Shown here one piece after another: positions 38,682-47,684 of a stretch of 64,000 nt of DNA. The stretch lies in the NCBI GenBank assembly GCA_016748015.1, contig JAAOMT010000703.1, positions 742,255 to 806,254 on the forward strand. Reading direction: 5' to 3'. The stretch's first letter is position 1. Every line of letters starts with the position of its first letter. Source of the DNA: Geosiphon pyriformis uo1. Lineage: Eukaryota > Fungi > Glomeromycota. The translations under genes were made by a program, and so were the position numbers. The notes under the pieces are model-generated. The model searched no databases, was not told the DNA's origin, and saw only the letters and a list, made by a program, of their open reading frames with translations.

Positions 38682-39348
38682 AAGATTGAGCTCTGTCGAA
38701 ATTGAAGTTAATTTCTTCATTAAATTCTAAGTTACTATAGTGGTTTAATACTGTGTTATTAATTTGTTGTTGTAATTCTTGAAATTGCGAGTTGATAAGT
38801 CGTCCAATACTGTTGGTTGTTATTATGTTTATGATTGGGTCCAACAATAATTTGTGACAGTTTTCAAATGCTTTAAAAATTCTGTAAACTGTTTTTGAAT
38901 GGAATGTAGTATTGGTTTTTCCAATGAAAGGTTCTAATAGTTGGATAGTTGTTTTGTTAAACACTCTAGTTGAGTCTTTTGAGTATAATGTTTGTATGTT
39001 CAAGTGCTTTCCTAGTTGATAATAACAGTAATTAATTGGGAATTTTGTTTTCAAGTTGCTAAATGTGTCTGGTGTTAATTCACTTATTTCTATTTCTTCC
39101 ATTATTAATGTATTGCCCAATGCTATCTCTAATTTTTCAATAACTTTGTTAATAAATTTGGTGTTATATTTGGTAATATTATATGGTTCGAAATTATGTT
39201 CTTTTCTTGTTTTTGGATTTTCTATTGTTCTTTTGATGTATGTTATTTTGGAGCTATTAACTGTGATTTCTAGATCGGATTTTAATTGTTGTAAGCTTTC
39301 AACTAATTGTTGAGTTATATTGTTGATGTTTTCTGGAATAAGTATCAT
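38680..39348 (-). CDS. Gypsy B extra 3' ORF (222 aa, function unknown)
   Basis: Intact ATG-started ORF between the apparent integrase end (39433) and the PPT. Confidence 0.75.
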   Translation of the reverse strand: MILIPENINNITQQLVESLQQLKSDLEITVNSSKITYIKRTIENPKTRKEHNFEPYNITKYNTKFINKVIEKLEIALGNTLIMEEIEISELTPDTFSNLKTKFPINYCYYQLGKHLNIQTLYSKDSTRVFNKTTIQLLEPFIGKTNTTFHSKTVYRIFKAFENCHKLLLDPIINIITTNSIGRLINSQFQELQQQINNTVLNHYSNLEFNEEINFNFDRAQS

Positions 39349-40136
39349 TGTTTTAATTTTGACTGTTATTTTGGAATCTTTTGCATGCGTTTTTATGGTT
39401 GTTAAATCATTTTTGCTGTGATCTAAGATTAATTATCTTTTCGAATAATGTTCAATTANNNNNNNNNNNNNNNNNNNNACTTCCTGGCTGTGTCTTTGGG
39501 GTGGTTGGTATGTATTTTTTCTCGGATCCGGGATGAGGTAACTTTCTATTTTCTTAGAGAGTTCCTTCCCTAATTGCATTACTCTTTTCTCTAATGTTTC
39601 TGTCTTATTTTTCTCCATTACCATGTTAACCATTTGACTATGGTTAGCTTCTTTCTCAGCCGATTCAAGGGCTCTGGTGAGCGTAATGGCTTCTGGTAAG
39701 GAATTAGGGTGGGCAGGGTGTACTCTTCCTAAAATGCTGCTTTTTAATCCTCTAATAAACTGATTTAAAACCTGAGGATCAGTGTAGTATTCTTGTTCAA
39801 TCGCTTCAATTTGACGGCGAATTCGATTGAATCGAGCAAGGTATTGGGTGACAGTTTCACTGGTATTTTGCTTGATAGTATTGAATTCGTTCTGTAGTTG
39901 GATTACAGCGTTTGGGTCGCTAAAATACTCCAGGAGTGCATTTTTAAATTCGGCGAAGCTCATGGGTTTTGTTTCCAGGCTTTGATACCACGAGTCAGCT
40001 GTGCCTTTCAGGAAGAAAGGTAATGTTTGAATTGCTCTTTGGTCATTCCAGTTATTTGCCTGGATGGCTTTTTGTGCTTCTCTGAGCCATGTGTGCACGT
40101 CCGTTTCTTCTTCCTCNNNNNNNNNNNNNNNNNNNN

Positions 40137-40920
40137 TTGGTATGAACAAATCCCATTCTTTTTCATGTTCGTTACTAATTTTCGCCAGTGATTCGCATAA
40201 TGTGCGATTAAATCTTTCAACTAATCCATTTGTTTGAGAGTGGTATGGTAATGACAGTGGTCGCTTGATTCCAAATTTTTGGCTAAGTTCTTTTAAGGTG
40301 CTGTTTACGAAGTGTGTGCCTTGATCTGATAGCAATTCTTGTGGACATCCATGTCGGCAAATTAAGTTTTCATGTACGAATTGAGCTACGGAAATAGCAT
40401 CAGCTGTTTTAATAGCTCTAGCTTCTGGCCATTTGGTGAGATAGTCCATGGCTACTGCAATATAACGGTTGTTTCTTGTTGTTATTGGTAAGGGTCCAAC
40501 TAAATCAATTCCGATTCTGTCAAATGGCTGTTTAACTTTTATTGGTCTTAATAATTCCGTTGTTTTTGCTCCTCCTCTTCGTTGGCATGGGTCACAATTT
40601 CTTATGTATTGGATTATGTCTGAACTCATTTTTGGCCAATAGTAACGGCTAGTTGCACGTTGGATGGTTGCTGTTTTTCCAAAGTGGCCTGAATGAATAT
40701 CTGAGTGCATGTTAAATAAGATAGTTTCTTTTTCATCCGTGGTTATAACTCTTAATGGATTATCTGGATTTTGTCAATTCTGGTAATAAAGTATGTAATT
40801 TTGGATGAAATAGTGTTTTGCTAATTTTTGGAGCTTAATTAGCTCTTTTACTAGCATTTCTTCGTCTATTTGTAGTGTTTCCAAGTATTGGCTGAGGTTT
40901 TTGTAAAGGTGGTTGTTCAT
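40137..40920 (-). pseudogene. Gypsy B integrase (HHCC zinc finger and DDE core); C-terminus lost in a gap; one in-frame stop
   Basis: HSDIHSGH..CDPCQ; IGIDLVGP; SDQGTHF; QTNGLVERFNRTL; own ATG at 40920. Confidence 0.92.
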
Positions 40921-40949
40921 TGTTGTTGTGGTGAATGGGTTGGTGATTT

Positions 40950-42127
40950 TTATGTGTGTCTCATTCTTGACAAACAGTCAGCATTAGCATTTTTGGTACC
41001 TTCTTTGTATTTGATAATATAATCATATGGTGCTAACGTTTGTGACCATCTGGCGTATTTTCCTTTTAGCACTTTCTTGTTATTTAACCAGACCAGACCT
41101 CTATGATCTGTCGTAATCTCAAAGGGTTGGTACCGTAAATATGTGTCAAAGTGAACACAACTCCAGACTACTGCTAAGCATTCAAGTTCATGTGCTGCGT
41201 AGTTTTGTTCTGCCGTACTGAGACTTTTGCTGGCATAAGCAATTACATGTTCTCTTTCATTATCATCTTTTTGTGACAGAATGGCTCCAAGTCCAGTTCT
41301 AGAGGCATCTGTGGCCAAAATGAATTTCTTGTTGAAATTCGGATAGATCATTATTGGTGATTCAATGAGCTTTTGTCTAAGGTACTCAAAAGCTTTTTGT
41401 TGTGCTTCAGTCCATTCAAACTTCACATTTTTAGATAGTAGGTAATTAAGGGGTTTGGCGATGTTTAAAAAGTTTTCTACAAAGTGGCGGTAGTAAGATG
41501 CGAGTCCTAAAAAGCTTCTAACTTCTAAGACATTTCGAGATACTGGAAAATTTTTCACTTTGTTTATTTTTGATGGATCTGGTTTTATTCCATCTTTTCC
41601 AACTACGTGTCCTAAAAATGCTAGCTCATTTTTCCCAAAGAAACATTTTTCTAGATTTAGTTTAAGTCCAGCGTGTCTTAATCTCTCAAAAACTTGTTGT
41701 AAATGTTGGAGATGATCCGTGAATTTTGACGAGAAAACATTTGTATCATCCAAGTAGACAACAATGGATTGCCACAGGATTCCAGAGTAAATTACGTCCA
41801 TTAGTTTTTGGAATGTCGCGGAAGCATTTGTTAATCCAAATGGCATTACATTGAACTCATAATTGCCATTTTGTGTTGTGAATGCTGTTTTATGCCTGTT
41901 CTTTGGGTCCATTTCCACTTGCCAGTACCCACTGGTCAAGTCCAGTGTAGAAAACCATTTTGCTCCTCCAAAAACGTCGAAGATTTCGTCAATTAACGGT
42001 ATTGGGTATGAGTCTTTGGTTGTTTTGCTGCTTAGTTTGCGATAGTCGACGCAAAATCTAATTTTTCTGTTCTTTTTCCTTACTAAAACAACTGGTGAGG
42101 ACCATGGGCTCATTGATGGTTGTATTA
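40950..42127 (-). CDS. Gypsy B reverse transcriptase and RNase H
   Basis: WSSPVVLV, FCVDYRKL, MPFGLTNA, YLDD, ATDAS, ELECLAV, TTDH, NADCLSR. Confidence 0.95.
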
Positions 42128-43064
42128 NNNNNNNNNNNNNNNNNNNNNNNNNNNNNNNNNNNNNNNNNNNNNNNNNNNNNNNNNNNNNNNNNNNNNNNNN
42201 NNNNNNNNNNNNNNNNNNNNNNNNNNNNNNNNNNNNNNNNNNNNNNNNNNNNGTCGCTGTTGGTCGGGATCCATTGTTCCAATGTTTAATTTGGCCAATT
42301 CTTCTGGCGTAAATTGATAGCATTCTACTGGTTGTTGCCAATTTATTGAAGTGAGTTCACAGTAGAGGGCGATTTCTGGGAAATTTAGAATTTCTTGTGG
42401 TGTTGATGCGTTTTCTAGCTCCGTTCCGAGATATCCAATGATGATATCTTCCGGAATGTAAACGGGTTCTTCTGTGGTGTTTGCGATAGGAATTTTTATC
42501 CATTGAGCTTTATCAGCTGGAATAAAAAGGTTAGTAAGTCCTATGAGAAACTGTTGGCAAGTTTCTGGGTAGGGCTTAAATATTAGGTCTTTTTCTTTAA
42601 TTGTTCTTTTTATTCTTATTTCTGATTTTCCATATGGTAGGAGTGTGATAGACTGCTCATTTTTAATTACTTCGCCTTTTTCCCCTATTGTTTTAGCAAA
42701 ATTCGCTTCAATTCCTCTTCCTGTCGATCTGAAACCAAAAATTCCTCTCGTTGTTTGTGACAATTTCTCACGATTTTCCACTGGCACGATTTTCCCAATT
42801 TTTACCAATGGTAGGAAAATTGCTTGTGCAATTTTTTCCTTAGATTCAATGATATAAGGCTTTTCTGAATTGTTCTGTAGCAAAACCATCAAATTTCCAG
42901 TGTATCCGGAGTCAATTACTCCTCCTTGAATGCTTATTCCTTTTTTCGNNNNNNNNNNNNNNNNNNNNTCTGATTTTCCATATGGTAGGAGTGTGATAGA
43001 CTGCTCATTTTTAATTACTTCGCCTTTTTCCCCTATTGTTTTAGCAAAATTCGCTTCAATTCCT

Positions 43065-43500
43065 TTTCCTGTCGATCTGAAACCAAAAATTCCTCTCGTT
43101 GTTTGTGACAATTTCTCACGATTTTCCACTGGCACGATTTTCCCAATTTTTACCAATGGTAGGAAAATTGCTTGTGCAATTTTTTCCTTAGATTCAATGA
43201 TATAAGGCTTTTCTGAATTGTTCTGTAGCAAAACCATCAAATTTCCAGTGTATCCGGAGTCAATTACTCCTCCTTGAATGCTTATTCCTTTTTTCGCGAG
43301 GCTTGATCGCAACGCCATTTGAACCATTATTCCTGGCAGAATTTCAACCACTATTTTTAGGTCGATTTGGTGATGCTCCTGGGTGGTAACGTTGTGGATT
43401 GGTCTTCCGGATAATATAGATCGAATTCGGCGTCGGTTGGATGGGCTCTTTCAGGTATTATTCTTAAGTGCCCATTGTCGAAGTATCGGATGTCGGTCAC
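43065..43500 (-). pseudogene. Gypsy B dUTPase domain (one frameshift)
   Basis: AEFDLYY, LRSSLA, GGVIDSGYTG, KIAQ, RGIFGFRSTG match motifs 1-5 of trimeric dUTPases. Confidence 0.92.
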
Positions 43501-43639
43501 CTGTTCTAGGTCAGTATAGGCTACAAATTTTTCTGACTTGGGACCGTCAGGTGAGTTTTGTTAATTTATTGATTGATTTTGAGACTGCTGATTCTCAATT
43601 TCCATTTTTCTTTTTAAGTCCCTTTCGTCTTGACACTCT

Positions 43640-44230
43640 TCACAGCACTGACTTTGGCACGGGATGAGACAGTTTTTGCAGAGGTAAGTGTTGATTTGGG
43701 CGAGGTATTGTTCTTGCTCTTGTCGAGTGGGGCATAGTTGTTGGTAGTAGTCCTGGAATTCGTCCACTGGGTCGAACATATTGTAACTGGCGACTTCGTC
43801 GGCTACTTTGGCTGACTCTTTTCAACGTTGTATTTCTTCGGCAGTTCCTCCTCTTACTTTGGCTTGTGTGGTGTTGTACAACTCGTCCTCGTCGTGTGAG
43901 TAGTGCTGTAGTCTTTTTAATGCTTTGTTGAACGCTGCTTCGAACGGCATTCCTCCTCTTACCCAGTCACAGATGAGGATCGTGTATTGGCAAGTTGCGT
44001 CACATGTTCCTCCTCTGCCTGGTAAGTCGTTCCAGTCGCATCCTCTTGGTAATGGTTCTCCACAAGCGAGGCACGGTTCCTCGTCCCATTTTCCGTGTCT
44101 TTCTGGGTAACCGTATTTTTCTTTGTTACAACGGTTACAATAGTAGTGGGTGGGGTTTCTTGGGTCTTTGTCTGGTGTGCTGCATGCAGTCATAGACGAG
44201 AGTTTTTTCTTGCAAACCGAGCATTCTAGC
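43640..44230 (-). pseudogene. Gypsy B cysteine-rich putative multi-zinc-finger domain
   Basis: CSVC, YYCNRC, PCLAC, CDATCQ, LCKNCLIPCQSQCCEEC; same reading frame as gag and protease. Confidence 0.82.
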
Positions 44231-44439
44231 TTTGGTCTGCGTCGCTGGTGGTTTCTTCGTGAACTTACCTGATTCCATTTGGATCTTTCTTCACTGGTCT
44301 ATGTTGGTATGGCTGGTAGTCCTGTTCTTTGGTCATCAGCCCAAGAGAGCTAATAAGTTTTGATGGCTGGTAGTGCTGGATTTTCCTCAAATTTGAAGGT
44401 AGGTCTTTGGTTGGTGCTGGGTTTTTGGAAGTGGCCACA

Positions 44440-44800
44440 GGTGGCTGGAATTTTGGCCTGGTGGCCATTATAATTGATCAGAAGCTCTTGGGTGGTCCAG
44501 TCTAGGGTGGCATTGGCTTTTGTTAGCCAGTCATTCTCTACTAACGCTTGATATTGTGTAGCGTCCATTACTAATACTTTTGTAGGTATTACTATGCCGT
44601 TAATTTCGAAAGGGAATGAGTTGATTTCGCCATAAGGCAGCTTTGTACTTCCATTGGCTGTTATGATTTGGGATGTCGCGGCACGATCAACTTTGAAACC
44701 CAGTTGGTTTACTAGTTGAAGCGTTACGATGCTTCCAGCGGATCTGCTGTCTAAGATAAGTTTGATTGGGGTATTGTTTACAGTGGCTTCCGTATACATA
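44440..44800 (-). pseudogene. Gypsy B aspartic protease
   Basis: LILDSRSAGS (DSG mutated to DSR)...ALVENDWL within ORF 44350-45147. Confidence 0.9.
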
Positions 44801-44949
44801 GCAGTGATTGGGCGTTTTTCGTCCAATACTGCTCCACTAAACATAGCCTCGTTTTCCTCTAATTCAAAAAGAAAAATAGCTGCGAGGCTGCTATCTTTGG
44901 TGACAACTGCTGGTGGTATTGTCTGGCTCAATTTGGAGGAATTCTTGGT

Positions 44950-46747
44950 TCTGTTTATGTTTCTACTGTCATTGTTTCCAATGATTAGGTTTTCCGGTAT
45001 ATTAAGGTAAGTTTGTTGATAATTTTGGTAGTTTGGATTGGTTTGCTGATTGGTTTCAGCACGGTTTGGATTCCTCTGGACCAATGCGTTCTGGTTCCAC
45101 ATGGGCTGATTTCGGGCCTCGGGACGCCAATTCGGGTTGGCTATCATGGGCTGTTGCTGGTAAGCTCCTTGATTTTAATACGTGGTAGGATATTGGCGTG
45201 GTATTGGCATGTACTGGTTTCTGGGCATTTGGGGTGGCGCATAGTAATTATTTTCGTGTGCTTCCTGCATCATTCGCATTTGACATTGACTAATCAAATG
45301 TCCTACGCGTTAGCAAAAATGGCAGGCGCGTGTTTCTGTTCTGAATTCCTGGCGCGACAAGCAATTATTTCGACTGTCGCTGACTTCCTGGCTGTGTCTT
45401 TGGGGTGGTTGGTATGTATTTTTTCTCGGATCCGGGATGAGGTAACTTTCTATTTTCTTAGAGAGTTCCTTCCCTAATTGCATTACTCTTTTCTCTAATG
45501 TTTCTGTCTTATTTTTCTCCATTACCATGTTAACCATTTGACTATGGTTAGCTTCTTTCTCAGCCGATTCAAGGGCTCTGGTGAGCGTAATGGCTTCTGG
45601 TAAGGAATTAGGNNNNNNNNNNNNNNNNNNNNAAATACTCCAGGAGTGCATTTTTAAATTCGGCGAAGCTCATGGGTTTTGTTTCCAGGCTTTGATACCA
45701 CGAGTCAGCTGTGCCTTTCAGGAAGAAAGGTAATGTTTGAATTGCTCTTTGGTCATTCCAGTTATTTGCCTGGATGGCTTTTTGTGCTTCTCTGAGCCAT
45801 GTGTGCACGTCCGTTTCTTCTTCCTCTCCTGAGAAATCTGTTAGTCTTGCAATGTATGGTGTGGTCATTTCATTGCCGTTTTCTGCTGGTGAGTTTATTG
45901 GTTTAAGAGGAGGTGGGATGATATTTCCTTGAGCATTCCTAAAAGTGGCTTCCCTTATATCCGGTTCTTCCTCTTGATCACGAGTTTCTTGGTTTCTGGA
46001 CTGGCTGCTTGTTTCAGTGACTGGTCTTGTGATTGTTTTTTTGCTGGTCTCTTTTTTGGATTCTGATTCAGACTCCTCTTCACGGTTTTCAAACCCCATT
46101 CTAAATTTTGGCTGAAAAAGAGGGTTTTGGAATAGTGATGAATATCCTCCTGTAATTGGTATGTCTCCCCAGTTACGTTGTTTAATTTTATCAATATAAC
46201 TAGGAGTTCTTGGCGTTTGTGGAGTTGATGTTGATGATGCTGCAGCTCCTAATGGAATTTGTATCTTATTTTCTGGTGAAAAATGGTATGATTTATCTTC
46301 TGGTAAATAAATACGTTGTTTCTTTATTGATTGAGTGACAGTTTTCTTTGGCGTTTGAGCTGGTGTTTCTAGTTTTTGCTGGTTACTTTCCTGATTAGTT
46401 TCTAAATTTTCTTTGGTTTTGTTGGCGCGTTCCCTAGTGTTTCCTGTGGATATTGGAAAATTTTCGTTGGCGTATTGCTTAATTTCTCGATGGATTTTGA
46501 CAATAGTTGCGGCTATTACTGCTACTTCTTTTGTAGTGTATTGTGATAATTCTCTATACAATCCAAGTTTTGCGTCGTGTGGTTCTTCTTCCTTTCCTAT
46601 ATGATAATTTATTCTGGCGTTGATATAATAAGTGAGGGCAGATTCTGCTGGACAACACCCTTCTGGTAATCCAAGATCACTTTGATTTTGTGTGTAAATA
46701 GCACGGCAGAATTCAAGAACAGTAAGATTAGGGGTTTTTGTCGCCAC
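44950..46747 (-). pseudogene. Gypsy B gag
   Basis: ORFs 45608-46747 and 45310-45651; DFSGEE..WL..FFLKGTADSWY; CHFC*RVGHLISQC knuckle. Confidence 0.9.
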
Positions 46748-46810
46748 TTTTGTCTTTTCCTTTTTAGCAATGAATTATTGCTAATTATTATTTCCTTTTT
46801 GATTTTTTTT

Positions 46811-46827
46811 CCTCGTAGGGTTCACCA
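46811..46827 (-). promoter_or_regulatory. Primer-binding site of Gypsy B (TGGTGAACCCTACGAGG; tentatively tRNA-Trp-like)
   Basis: 2 nt from the 5' LTR; tRNA assignment from recalled similarity only. Confidence 0.82.
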
Positions 46828-46829
46828 AA

Positions 46830-47684
46830 TGTTACGGGATGGTTTTCTTGTTATATTTAATTGCTGATATCCCGCTTTAATTGCAATTAGTCTTTTGTGA
46901 ATTCTTCAATTCTATTTGTGTGATAATGTCACTGTTACACTAAAGGCTTTCTTTTTACTGTTGTGATATAAGTTATTCTTTAATTCTTGATTGTTGTGTG
47001 TGTTTATGTACTCCTTCTCAGAGGCTGAACTGAAATCTACCCACTGTCTGGGGTCTTCTCTGAGGCTATCCTTGCAATTGTCTGATGTGTTTCTAATCTA
47101 GAAACACAGAATGTTAATGGTCTTTAGCACTTTTCTAATTCTCACAATAAAGCTTTTATCAATTAGTAACAACGTGAATAATCTTGATCAAGGATTATTC
47201 TTCCAAGGGTTTCAGTTGATGAATGATAGTTTCATTTAATAAATAATACAAGTAAGTTTCTTAATACTTTGGGTTGTAATAGTTCAGTTTTAAATATTTT
47301 TTTTTGATTTTTAAAGGTTTCTTGGGATATTTAATTTGAAAGTATGATTTAAAGTGGAGTTTGTTGGATAAAATTGGATCTATTGCTTGATAAGTTATGA
47401 TTTTTATTACTTGATTGATCCTTTCCCAATATTAAAACTACTGTATATATACATGTTTGTAGTTCTATGAGAAAATACTTTCTTTTTAATATTTCAACTT
47501 GGTGCTTGCTGCTATCACCAATTGGTATTGGCTGCTATTGTGAACTGGTGCTTGCCACTATCATGAGATGGTGTTTGCTACTATGTTAATCATTACCTTT
47601 CTAAGATTATTACTGTGCTATATTATGATTGAATAGTTTGTATTATTTTTATGATTCTTTTTGCTAAATTCTTAAACCATAACA
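46830..47684 (-). repeat. 5' LTR of Gypsy B (855 bp)
   Basis: tgttac...ataaca termini; pairs with 37858-38666. Confidence 0.95.

Larger units (their letters stand above)
37858..47684 (-). mobile_element. Young Ty3/Gypsy element B (gag-PR-Cys domain-dUTPase-RT-RH; IN; ORF3), TSD GCGT; contains assembly gaps
   Basis: LTRs tgtta...taaca; GCGT at 37854-37857 and 47685-47688; PBS and PPT present; all pol domains recognisable. Confidence 0.96.

Noticed and set aside
38680-39348. ORF3 as an envelope gene
   Set aside because: No signal peptide, transmembrane segment or fusion-protein features
39433-40710. Apparent integrase-gag fusion ORF (425 aa)
   Set aside because: The gag part (39479-40116) is bounded by N gaps, duplicates 45383-45612 and 45633-45826, and supplies the segment missing at the 45613 gap; most likely a misplaced contig
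42618-43300. Apparent tandem dUTPase duplication
   Set aside because: Two nearly identical copies meet exactly at an N gap; likely an unmerged contig overlap
45013-45477. Antisense ORFs over Gypsy, LINE and HELLS sequence (also 3225-3455, 32470-32826, 55628-55825, 56363-56617)
   Set aside because: Shadow frames of biased coding sequence, with no motifs and no conservation between copies
38700-46800. Using the CpG-rich interior of Gypsy B as proof of very recent activity
   Set aside because: The interior is broken by gaps and may be collapsed from other copies; it has in-frame stops and its LTRs already differ by about 4% over the first 320 nt
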